A stretch of DNA of 64,000 nucleotides from Octopus sinensis (lineage: Eukaryota), in the NCBI RefSeq assembly GCF_006345805.1, contig NC_043000.1, positions 125,984,001 through 126,048,000 on the forward strand, written 5' to 3'. The translations under genes and the position numbers were made by a program. This document shows positions 1 to 12,026 of the stretch, piece by piece (position 1 is the stretch's first letter; the number at the start of each line of letters is the position of its first letter). A model generated the notes under the pieces. That model ran no database searches. It saw nothing but the letters and a program-made list of their open reading frames with translations, and was not told where the DNA came from.

Positions 1-2171
1 GTGTAGCTACATACAATATAGCTATTCTTGTAGTATTTCTATTACTTCTTCATTTTCTTCTTATAATGATCTCAAAGAATTTCCATGGCTTTCACTAGTG
101 CAAGTACAGAATTTGCTTCATCTTTTAAATTCATTGAAACTTACATTTGTGATTTCAGTTTAGCTGGTAGCTAATGTATGGTTTGGGTTCCCCCCATCCT
201 CATCTCCACTCCATCAAATTCTTTATCAAATACTATTCTGTTTTTCTTTCTTTTTTTTATGTATATTTTCATATAGAAAATTTAGAAAATGTTGACATTG
301 TGAAAGGAAATGATAGGAATCATTTTGAGTGGGGGCAGTTTTCTGTTTTCCTTACGAGAAGTAAAAATTATCATTTAATTCCTTTTTAGATAGGTTTTTT
401 TTTTTTTCCTTGTTTTTAAGAATATTTTTGTTTAGCAATGAAGTCAGATGTTTTCTTGCTAATATTTTTATATGGGATCATTTGTGTCTTTAAAAAAAAA
501 AATTAACATTCAATTTCCTCCGTAATTGTTGAGAGTTATTTAAGAGGTAATGGAGAGGAAGAAAGAACAAGAAAATGTTGTTTTGTAAGGGACATTTTAT
601 CTTCTAATTCAAAGTTAAAAGAAAAAAAAGGTTTTTATTTTTTAAAATTTTAAAGGAGACGAGTGAGTCAGATATTAAAATGAAATAAATCTCTTGTGAA
701 TCAAACTTTCTAAAATAAATCTAATAATGAACCGAATTAAAAGTGAAGGCAGTTAATACAATAATGATATTTGTAAGAGAAGAGAAATTTGCTGACAAAG
801 AAAGATGCTATTTGCAGAACAATAAAATCCTGCTGTAGATATCTTTGATTATATTGGAGACCATTAATTAGATTCCCATCAATGATTTCTGCAATTCATC
901 ATTAAAATGTATTTGGATGTTTTAACACTTGATAAAACGAACCTTCGGATTCTACCAGAATGATCAAGAAAGAGCTATTGGGTGGTAAGTCACAGCTCAA
1001 GTTCCACATCAGTGCCAGGAAAACAATGGCAAGATACAAACTATTCTCTCCATAAAGTAGTTGTCAATGAAGATGACTAATAAACGATGTGAGAGACAGA
1101 CATTTGAATATTGCCGATGGCAAATCAAGTTCAAATATTAGTTATAATTAAATGACATGCATAGAGAACTAAGGACATTGTATACAGCTACTTACAAATC
1201 CTGGCTATGGGAGGTCAGTATTCAAGTTTTTACAGTAGTTAATTAGTCAATTAACGGTTGATATCATAGATTCTAATATGAATTACAGCAGTTGCCATGG
1301 AGTTGTATTTTTCTTTTTAAATACGTTGTGGCTTTAGAGGTTAGCAGCCATTTGTTGATTATAGGTTTTATATTTTTAGACAAAGCGGCGTGCGTCTGTG
1401 TTCATGCATGCATGTATGTGTGTTTGTGTACATACGTGTGAGATGCTGAATTGTATCTCTTTGCTCTGCTATGAAAACCAATCACATCTTAAATCTCATA
1501 TCCAGCTTGAAATTGGTATTTGAATTCAATTTAGAACCAATTTGTTTGTTCATTAAATCCATGCCTACAAGACATTTTGAGAATTTTTCTCATAGATACT
1601 GCTGTCACTTCAAAGTTAATTTGATCAGCTTCTATTGAATTCATACTGTTTCTTGTTTCTCACCTATCTCAGATTAAACAAGCTTTCACTGAGATCATGC
1701 CAGATATCTAGATATATGTTTGTGTATGTATGTATGTATCTTCTACAATTTACCAAGTAAGCTAAAAGTTAAGTATTAATAGATTATAATCGCAACTTTC
1801 AAAGGAAAAAGATACTTGACTTTGTAAACATTGTGTATCAACCACATCTTATAATTGAAGCACTTCACACTATCATTAATATTGAATATTGCCTTCATTC
1901 AGTTTTTCTATTTTTGCACATTGTCCTTGGGTCAAAAAGGAGTTATTTTGAATTAGATGAGGTTTAAGACTTAGTTTCACTTGAAGAGATCATTAGTGAA
2001 ATAAACCTTCTTTATTATTTCTGCGTTTTTTTTTTCCTTTTTAACACATTAACTGCCATGGCTTGTTATTGGAACTTACCAGTGATGCCATGTTTTTCAC
2101 GCAGTCACACTGTATTCTGTTTAATTATAAGGAAATGTAATTTATTTTTGCGTTTTTACAATATTTCGTAA

Positions 2172-2394
2172 TTAACCTTTTAGCATTCAGGTTTCTTTGT
2201 CAACTGTGTTGCTTATTTATTCACATTGTTTTGAATTAATCACAGATTTTCTTGTAGCTTCAAGATTTCAGTGGTATGTTAGTATATTTTTAAAATGACA
2301 TTGCAGAGTAAGTATGAGAGGTTGAATCTGGTCAGTTTAAACATGTGTGGAAAATTCAGACCAAATATGGCTGGTTTAAATGTTAAAGGGTTAA
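2172..2394. mobile_element. piggyBac-like MITE family 1 (TTAA target, CCY...RGG ends)
   Basis: ttaaccttttagcatt...aatgttaaagggttaa, ~220 bp. Other copies at 13022-13199 (internal deletion), 36849-37072, 41001-41222 (opposite orientation), 10034-10060 plus 10589-10700 (split) and 3032-3070 (end only). Confidence 0.75.
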
Positions 2395-3734
2395 ACTTTA
2401 ATATTTAGCATTTGTGTTAGTTAGATATCCCTGAAACCATGTCAAAGATACAGGATAAAACATATTTTCTCAAATTATGAAAATGTATCACCAGTGGTAC
2501 ATGTAGCAGTCGCATGAAGTTTGCAATCAACCACTGGTGGTACATGTGGTAATTAACATGTTAATCTATCTTCAGTGATGAAAGGGGCTTTTATAGCATC
2601 TTTTAGATGCTATAAAAGACTATGAAGCACACCAAATCTTAAAACATGTTAGAATGGTCAGGATAAGTTTATAAAACTTCACTCCTATTTTGCTGTTTAC
2701 CATTTCAACAAATCAAATTTCTATTATCTAATTTATACCTTTATCATTTCTCTCTGCTATTCATTCATATGCAAATTACTCTCTTCTTTGCATGAATTAT
2801 GTAGTGCTTCATAATATTAAATTAGTTTTTGTGTTTAGAATTGTTGGGTGTATAGAGGTTTCTTTTATGTATTTATCTCATATTATGAGTTTGGAAGTTA
2901 AAGCATTGAGCTGGCTAAATTGCTAGAACATCAGAAAAATGTCTTGCAGAATTTTTTTTGATCCATTATCTTCTGAGTTCAAATTCCATTCAGGTCACTT
3001 TTGTTTTTCATCCTTTTGGAGTTGATAAAATTTGGGCCAGATATGGCCAGTTTGAATGCTAAAGGGTTAAACATTAATATTTAGCACTCATGTATCAACC
3101 AAATATTGGGGTCAGTGTAATCAACTAAACTCCTTCTCCTAAAACAGCTTGCCTTGTACCAAGATTAGAAATAATTATTAGTTTTGAAGTTGAAGCTGTT
3201 AATCTCGGTGCCTGTGTTGAGTTTTATGCGTTATAATTGCAAGGGCTTCAGTAAAAGTGATATGAATTACAGATTTTTTTTCTTTCTTTCTTTTGATCCT
3301 AAATGATTGTATAAATATAAATTTAAGGGGAAAAAAATCAGTAGGGATATATTCATTGGGAACAACCAATTACAAGTAAAGATAAAAGAATATAAATTGG
3401 AAGAAACTTCACGAAAGGAAAGTTTTCATAGAAATAAAAAGGTAAAGATGCGAGCGGGACACGCTCCTCTGACTCGTTGGGAGAGGTGGGAATGGTGACT
3501 CCAATTAAGAATCAACTCAAAGCTGAACAATCTGCCCAATCAGTACCAGCATAGAAAAGTGGAGTTCTGCTGATGCTGCTTATGATGACTGTAATCATGA
3601 AGATAACATCTCTTTTTTTTTTCTCCTCCTCAAAAATTACAGCAATAATAATAATTTACATCTATTTAAATTTCTTTAATTACTATATTTTTCATAAATG
3701 TCCCTATTCAATTATTATACTTTCTTATTTATAG

Positions 3735-3764
3735 ATGTCTTTCACCAAGACATGACATTGTGAA
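3735..3764 (+). CDS. Candidate 30-nt KIF13 microexon (CLSPRHDIV frame), unconfirmed
   Basis: Pyrimidine-rich acceptor ctttcttatttatag, donor AA|gtatgt. Open only as phase 2/2, which fits the phase-2 start of exon 11410. No homology support. Confidence 0.3.
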
Positions 3765-6700
3765 GTATGTATTTTTTAATTTTTAGTTATATCCATTTTA
3801 AACATACATGCTGTCTTACTTGTATGTTTACTTATGGATAAATAAATAATAATAATATATACTCTCTCTCTCTTCTCTCTAACTGGGGTAGCCATGTATC
3901 TCCTCTACAGCAAGACACTTCTTTCTGCCTCTCTACCATACTCTATCTAACTTCTCATCACCTGGCACAAAGCCACCTCCCTCAATACCACTCCTCTCAT
4001 CTCCAGTTTTGAGATCCTTCTCCTGCAAGTTACTTGGTGACCTCACTGCTGCTGGTGCTACATATAAAGCACCCAGTCCATTCTGTTAAGTAGTTGGTGT
4101 TAGAAAGGGCATCCAGCTGTGAAAAACCATGCCAAAGCAGACAGTAGAGTTTTGGTGAAATCCTCTGGCTCACCAGCTTCTGTCAAACCATCCAACCCAT
4201 GCCAGCACAGAAAATAGGCATTAATCGATGATTATGTGTGGGTTTTCTTATTAGAGCAAAATAAAACTGTAAGGTTTCAAAACAAAACTGGCATGCCAGT
4301 TTTTAAAAATTATTGTTTTAGTGACTCATTAATGGCCATTGACTAATGCAGAAATTTTAAGAAAAATTGTGAGGTGGTCTTGTATTTGGTTGTATTATGT
4401 ACTTTGGTTAGTCCACATTACTCTGTAAAGAACATAGGGCCGGTTCCCCAGTTTCTCTTGTGTATACTCGTCTCTGGATGGGACAACAGTCCATTGCAAG
4501 ATTACTCATTGTTTGTTACCAGCTGACTGGATTGGAGCAACATGAAATGAAGTTTTCTGCTCAAGAACACAATGCATCGCCCAGTCTAGAAATCGAAACC
4601 ACAATCTTATAATCATGAGCCCAACACTGTAGCCACTAAGCCACATGCCACCACTATGTACTTTACTGGGTGTATATTTGATGATGACTTAAAAACCAAA
4701 ATATGTGGTTCTATCAAAGTATTTATTGGAACTGAGAATCGAAAATGTAGTATTCACTTATTGCCACTGTAAGGGAGTTAATGATAATGAAATATAAATG
4801 TCATATATTATTAAAATATACAAGATTTACATTAAAATAATGTCTAATCTTACATATTAATTTATTGTTTATGGTTCTGACCATATTGATTTGATTATAA
4901 TGGTGTCCACTTTCTGCATATGGGGAACAATCGACAGAATATTAGTTGTCATTGCAATAGGTGGAAAGTTTTTAATTACAGTACTTTATTACAGAGATAT
5001 GTTTATACCATTCTGCCTCACTTACCATCACATATATACATACACAGACAAATGAGAGAAAGAGATGATGAATATTAGATACTTGTTTAATCAAGCCAGG
5101 ATCTCTATCTTTTAATTGGAAGTAATGATAAATATGAGCTGAGAGTTGCCTCTAGCTGAGTTGATAACAGTCCTCACCTTCAAACCAGTGAATGAATGTG
5201 TCACTGATTTATATCTTATTATTAACAATATACTCTGACTCTCTTGCAGTGAGATTTTTCTTTGTTTTTTTTTGGGGGGGGGGTCTTTTTTTGTTTTGTT
5301 TTACAACTCGCAGTGATATTGTCCACCAAGCTATAAATAGGATCTCTGGACAAGTCAAGCTGTTTGAAAATGTAACTAGCAGAGTTGTGTTTTATTATTA
5401 CTTTGCCATAAGGGTGGTGGATTAGCAGAATCAGTACAACAAAGGCGGTGAGTTGGCAGAAACTTTAGCACGCCAGGCAAAATGCTTAGCGGTATTTCGT
5501 CTGCCGTTACGTTCTGAGTTCAAATTCTGCCGAGGTCGACTTTGCCTTTCATCCTTTTGGAGTTGATAAATTAAGTACCAGTTACGCGCTGGTGTCAATG
5601 TAATCGACTTAATCCCCTTTGTCTGTCCTTGTTTGTCCCCTCTATGTTTAGCCCCTTATGGGCAATTAATAAAATAAGAATCAGTAGAGCATCAGACAAA
5701 AGGCTTTGGCACTATTTCTTCTGATTCTTTACATTCTGAATTGAAATCTGGCTGAGGTCAATTTTTGCCCTTCATCTCATCTGGGTTGATAAAATAAAGG
5801 AGTAGTCAAGTACTGAGGTCAAACAAGATTCTGGTCCATCGCAAGGTTAACTTCCCAACTATTGTTGGAACTCATTTACAATTGGAGCAATGTGAAATGA
5901 AGTTTTTTGCTCAAGAGTACAATGCACTGCCTCATCCAGAAATTGAAACCATGATTTTATGATCATGAATGCTACACCCTGATCACTCAGCCATGTACCT
6001 TCATAGATATGCTGTTGAAATATAGAGAGAGCACTGGTGCTGGTGCCACATAAAAAGTACCCAGTACACTTTGTAAAGTGGTTGGCATTAGGAAGAGCAG
6101 AAATCTGTAGCAACCATGCCAAGACAGAAAATGGAACCTGGTGCTGCATCTGGCCTTGTTAGCAACTATCAAACTGTCCAGCTCATGCTAGCATGGAAAA
6201 TAGACATTACATGATAATGGTAACAGCTGGATTGTCTTTGATCATGGGTTTTAGGTCAGAGCTGATTCAACAGTTTAGAAACATGTCTACACGTTTCTGA
6301 CTGATTCTAATACATCATTGACATAACTATTTCTTGTTTGTAATTGATTGCTATGTTTACAATGGTTCTCTGAATGTGTGTATGTGTGTGTATTGATATC
6401 ACTAGATAGATAGATATAGATATATGTATGTGAATGTGTATATAGATAGATAGATAGATAGATTAGGAGAGAGACAGACAGACATTATGTATTAAAGCTA
6501 TCTTCATCCAGGGCCATACATTTCAAACAGAAATTTCTAGCACCACAATGGTAATTACAGACTCCCACCTTCCAATGAATCCCGTTTATTATACATTGTT
6601 TACAATCAAGGAAATGCTTGAAGCTATTGTTTTTATTTAATATATTTTTTTGTTTCCTTTCTCCTTTCTTAATGATTTAATAACTAACCATTCTTGTTCT

Positions 6701-7151
6701 GTTTTTCAAGTTTTTCACCCTTTTGTTCTGCTTAACCCCTTCAGCTATGGGAGTTCAGTTTGGAAATTTATCAATTTCTCCAATCACACATCTTCTTACA
6801 TCCTATCATCTTGTTACATCCTAATTCTTTACACTCTTGTAAACTTTGTGGCCTTTCCTAACATGAACAGTTTTTAATCTAGTCAATGTGTCATTTCTGA
6901 CTAAAATACCCCCCAGCTTCTTCTCATAAACATCTTCTCTTTCTCCTGCTCGCTCTCTCTCTCTCATTTTCTTGCGCTCTCCACTCCCCCCACCCCATCT
7001 CAACAGGGTACTTTTCTTAAGAATCCTTTTATTCATGCTATTTATTTACAGTGTTTATTTCATGGTTGTATTGAGCAAATTAGTTTGAACCTAATTTTAC
7101 TTTTTTTTCGATCTATTTATATTTGTTATGCAGTGAGCTATACAGGACCTT

Positions 7152-7203
<52 letters not shown>

Positions 7204-7745
7204 TTTATTTTATGGCTTGTGAATATCCTCCGACAGAAATTTCCTGATCTCTTATTGATGGTTCACAATTGAAAATACACATACATGCACAGGCTTAATG
7301 ACTCATCCTTACCAGTGCTTCCTCAACAAATACTTCATATCCCCCCACACACACACTCACACTTCTACTAGTATTTGATGTATTGTCTCTATTAGTGATG
7401 GTGCTTGACTGTTTTTGGCAGTGGGGAGGCATCTTGCTTCTTCTGTCACACCACAACTACATTCAAGAATGTCACTCATTTCAAACTAATAAGGTACTAA
7501 TTTGGACCGATAAATTGTTGAATTTTTGGTTGTTTAGTTTTTGTTTGATTATTTTTTTAACATTTTCTTCTTTTTTTAACTAGTTGCTTTTAACTCAGTA
7601 TTTTGTCTAAGTAGCCAACAAGAGTGTTCTTCGCTGGTACCACATAGTTGTTCAGCTTGCTAGAAATACTGTCAGATTTCTCTCAAACAACAATGTACCC
7701 TCTTATAATAGCAAGAACATATTAGATAATGGTACAGTCCAAGAT

Positions 7746-7980
7746 AAGGCGGCGAGCTGGCAGAAACGTTAGAACTCCAGGCGAAATGCTTAGCAGTATT
7801 TCATCTGCCATTACGTTCTGAGTTCAAATTCAGCCGAGGTCAACTTTGCCTTTCGTCTTTTCAGGGTCGATAAATTAAATACCAGTTACGCACTGGGATC
7901 GATATAATCGACTTAATCCGATTGTCTGTCCTTGTTTGTCCTCTTTGTGTTTAGCCCCTTGTGGATAGTAAAGAAATAGG
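7746..7980 (+). mobile_element. tRNA-related SINE family A (aaggcggcgagctggcagaaacgttag...), full-length with a ~16-bp TSD
   Basis: Flanks ggtacagtccaagata (7731-7746) and ggtatagtccaagata (7979-7994). B-box-like gagttcaaatt. Central gactttgcctttcatcctttcggggtcgataaa motif. Other copies at 5441-5680(+), 12160-12370(-), 35700-35890(+), 40310-40530(-), 43415-43650(+), 53400-53610(+). Confidence 0.8.
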
Positions 7981-10060
7981 TATAGTCCAAGATACACAGA
8001 ATCAAGAGCAAGAAATTTTTAGAAATAAAAAAAGACAGGGTGGTCACATTTGGAATGTGACTCAATAGTCTGCCCAGAACTAACTCAGGCTTTCCACACG
8101 ATTCAGTATTCCCATAAAAGGAATACTCACAAAAAAAAAGAGGAAAGAATATTGTATATATTGTATTCGTTTAAATCTTTAAAAGTGTAGACTATCTCAT
8201 TTATGTTTAAATTTCTACAGAAATATGGCCAATATATTGATTTTTATCTGACTCTCTGACACATGTCAAAGTGAGTGTTATTATTATTGCTCAAGTCTAT
8301 TACTTATGTCATTTTCTTCTGCTCTTGTTTACGCTGAAGATAGATTGCAAAGTAGAAATTCCACTTATATACTTCTAATTACTTAATTCATTCTATAACT
8401 TAATCACACACAAGTAAATAATTTACTCCAGATTAATGTGTTCAATTCACTACTGATCGGTTTTTTTTTTTAATTATGGATTTTTTTTTTTTTTTCATTT
8501 TGCAAAAACGGTTGTAAAGTAGTTTTGAATTAGAGCGTTCATAGAGATATAACAATAAAACAATATGTATATTGATTGGCTGTGTGGTTAAGAACTTTGC
8601 TTCCCAACCACATGGTTTTGGGTTCAGTCCTATTGCATGGCACCTTGAGCAAATGACTTCTACAAATAGTCCTATGTTGACCAAAACCTTTTCAGTGAAT
8701 TTGGGAGACAGCAACTGAAAGAAATGTTAGCATGCCGGGCGAAATGCTTAGCAGTATTTCGTCTGCTGTTACATTCTGAGTTCAAATTGCTTTTATGTGC
8801 CACCAGCACGAGGGCCAGTCAGGCAGTACTGGCAACGGGCACACACTCAAATGGTGTTTTTTACATGCCACCTGCACAGGAGCCAGTCCAGCGGCACTGG
8901 CAACAACCTTGCTCAAATGTTTTTTCACGTGCCACCGGCACAAGTGCCAGTAAGGCAATGCTGGTAACGATCACACTTGAATGGTGCTTTTTATGTGCAA
9001 CCGGCACAGAATCCAGTTTGCTGCTCTGGCAACGATCACGTTTGGGTGGTGCTCTTAGCGCTCCACTAGCACGGATGCCCACCAGCACAAGTGCTAGTAA
9101 GGTGACGCTGGTAATGATCACACTCGAATGGTGCTTTCTACATCCCACTGGCACAGAAGCCAGTTAGCTGCTCTGGCAACGATCATGGTCGCAGATGGTG
9201 CATTTTTGAAACCCAGTGTAATAAATAATTCCTTATTTGAAAATGGGTAATGAGTTACCAACAGGAAGTGCATTCAACTCTTAAATACTACCTTAAATAA
9301 GTATCGATACAACCCATGCCAGTATGAAAAAAAACAGATGTAAAAAAGAATGTTTTATAAAATAGAGAAAACGATAAAGTGTTCTTTCTGTATAGGGAGA
9401 AATTTGATTTGCTAGCAAGCTGATTTGTTGGTCCAGTTTGGACTCCCTGTTGGAACTACTTGACATCATTTCCACTACTAACCTCTTTTAGAATTACATA
9501 AACGTCAGCTTATAGCATTCATCTCCTCCGCCTCCTTCTCTTCCATTTCTCCTCTTTTATGTCAATGTAAAAAAAAATGCATTTGTAAAGATTCTTTTCA
9601 AATGACATCAATTTAGTTTACTATTCCATTGCACTAAAGTTGTGAATCAGCAGAGATCTACTGGAATGTTATTTACTCTACATATTAAACCATCAATATT
9701 ACATGCAATACACCGTTATATCAAAAATATTAATCCATATTCAGTGACATTCCGAGTCCTTCAGCTGGAAATAATGTTATTTCCAATTGAAGTCTTACCG
9801 TTTCTAAGTCTAGTGATAGAGTTTTGCACAGACATCTTACTAAGTTAGTGTTTCATGTCTTTATTTGAATCTAGCACAGTCTGAGATGGTTGAAAAGTTT
9901 ATTATTTCTGTATGCATAAATGTAATTCATAAAATGAAAATATAAAGTTTGTTGCTAATGTTGATGCTTAGTGCCAGGTCAGTCATGAATGAGCTAACTA
10001 GTGATAAAAGGCATTTCAACTATAAGCATTTTTTTAACCATTTAGCATTTAAACCAGCCA

Positions 10061-10585
10061 TCATCATCATCATCGTTTGACATCCGTTTTCCATGCTAGC
10101 ATGGGTTGGATGGTTCGACCGGGGTCTGGGAAGCCAGGAGGCTGCACTAGGCTCCAGTCTGATCTGGCAGTGTTTCTACAGCTGGATGCCCTTCCTAACA
10201 CCAACCACTCCATGAGTGTAGTGGATGCTTTTTACGTGCCACCAGCACAGGTGCCAGAGGAGGCTGGCAACAGTCACAATCGATTGGTGCTTTTTATGTG
10301 TCACCAACACAGACACCAGTCAGGTGACGCTGGCATCAGCCACGTTCAGATGGTGCTTTTTACGTGCCACCTCAACTACAATTTCCATTTTATTTTTATT
10401 TTGACAATGTTGACGTACTGGACTCAATAGGTCTCCTCAAGCACAGTGGGTCACTCTACGATCCAAGGTTAGCACAGCAGGCCATCCTGTGAACCATGAA
10501 CTCACTTCATTTGTCAGGTCTTCGCATTCACAGCATATCTTAGAGGTCTCAGTCTTTCGTCATTTCCTCTGTGAGGCCCAATGTA
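10061..10585 (-). mobile_element. 5'-truncated RTE-clade LINE (last ORF codons + 3'UTR + (GAT)n tail), inserted into a TTAA MITE
   Basis: Minus strand from 10584 reads TLGLTEEMTKD*DL..YAVNAKT, RTE C-terminus-like. The 3'UTR carries tggttgg.gttaggaagggcatccagctgtag and ends in gatgatgat. The host MITE resumes at ~10589. Confidence 0.7.
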
Positions 10586-11409
10586 TCACTATCCAGCTAA
10601 AATGTTTTACCTGTTTTATCTCCAAACTGCCCAAATCTGGGCTCTCACACCTACCCTACAATGTCATTTTAAGAGTAAACAATCACCCCATCAAAGTCCC
10701 AAACACAGACACAAAGACATGCACACTCACATACACACATATATATGCATAAAAGGCTTCCACACAGTTTCTGTCTACCAAGTTCCCCCACAAGGCAGTG
10801 GTCAGCCTGGAACTATAGCAGATGTTTGCCCAGGTTGTCACGTTGTGGGACTGAACCTGAAACCACATGGTTACTAGGTAAACATCTTAACCACACAGCC
10901 ATGCCTGTGCCTGACTACATTATCTAATTTATCCTTTCTTTTTTTTTTTAATGGTGAGATATGAGGAAGGGGGTTGGCTACTATTTCTAGCTGGCTGTGT
11001 AGCTACATACAGACTCCTTGATGGCTCTTGTTTTTCTTTGGATCAGATCAACTTTTACCAAACAGTTCATCATCTGACATGATGAAAGCCTTCAATGTTC
11101 CAGACAATGGCATTTTGTTTTCTTTTTCTTTTTTAATAGATTATAATGTAAGTAGGACTAGATTATCCAATGTGTTCTCTTTTTAAGATAATAACATCTA
11201 ATTTGAGAGATTTGACAGTTATTTCCAACAGGTTAAGTGAACCTGGTCACTTTGCATATGGTTTGAAAAAATATATTGTTTTTCTTCCCAGTTTTGCTAT
11301 TATGTAACTAAATGTTATCTTTAATCTTCTTGCAATGACTCTCTGTTCTAAACATATGTATAAGAGTAATGTGTTTGTCATAATGAATTTTCTTTCCATT
11401 TATTAACAG

Positions 11410-11572
11410 AGAAAAACTATTCAAGCAGAGCTTGGCGAAACTTCGAGAAGAAGTAATCAAGGCAAACACTTTGGTGAGAGAAGCCAACGACTTGGCGCAA
11501 GAAATGGGTAGACAGACTGAATTCCATGTCACCCTTCAGATCCCTGCTGCCAATCTCAGCCCAAACAGACGT
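11410..11572 (+). CDS. KIF13: KIF13A/B-type kinesin-3, internal coding exon 1 of 12 in window (EKLFKQSLAKLREEVIKANTLVREANDLAQEMGRQTEFHVTLQIPAANLSPNRR)
   Basis: Acceptor tattaacag|A, donor CGT|gtaagt. Translation matches the recalled KIF13A stalk motif LFRQSLAKLREQLVKANTLVREAN...VTLQIPAANLS. Starts phase 2, ends phase 0. Confidence 0.95.
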
Positions 11573-11611
11573 GTAAGTATTTTTGTATGGAACTTCTTTT
11601 TTTCATTGGAG

Positions 11612-12026
11612 TCATCATCATCATCATCGTTTAACATCTGCTTTCCATGCTGGCATAGGTTGGACAATTTGACTGAGGTCTGGCGAACCAGATGGCTGCA
11701 CCAGACTCCAGGCTGATCTGGCAGAGTTTCTACAGCTGGATGCCCTTCCTAATGCCAATCACTCCGAGAGTGTAGTGGGTACTTTTACGTGCCACCAGCA
11801 CGAGGGCCAGTCAGGCAATACTGGCAACAGCCACACTCAAATGGTGCTTTTTATGTGCCACCTGCACAGGAGCCAGTCCAGCGGCACTGGCAACAACCTC
11901 GCTTGAATGTGTTTTCATGTGCCACCAGCACAACTGCTAGTAAGGCGACGCAGGTAATGATCACGCTCGAATGGTGTTTTTAACGTGCCATCAGCCAGAG
12001 GCCAGCTTGTTGCTCTGGCAACGATC
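11612..12026 (-). mobile_element. RTE-LINE 3'UTR copy with internal ~64-bp tandem units, 40 bp downstream of the exon 1 donor
   Basis: Starts catcatcatcgtttaacatctgctttccatgctggcatagg. Same family as 10061-10585. Further copies near 4010-4235(+), 6030-6220(+), 8785-9200(-), 23490-23700(-), 25330-25480(-), 41960-42170(+), 54310-54450(+), 54955-55115(+). Confidence 0.75.

Noticed and set aside
780-1225. Purine-rich stretch with micro-exon-like sites (ccag|...GGTG|gtaagt at ~960-985; atag|...GAG|gtcagt at ~1165-1213)
   Set aside because: Weak polypyrimidine tracts, no KIF13 similarity and multiple stops in the surrounding frames; may be a decayed TE but I cannot assign it
8785-9200. CRISPR-like look: repeated core with variable intervening sequence and hairpins
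   Set aside because: Units are degenerate along their whole length, the spacers are homologous to each other, the array lies inside a high-copy retroelement UTR in an animal intron, and there are no cas genes
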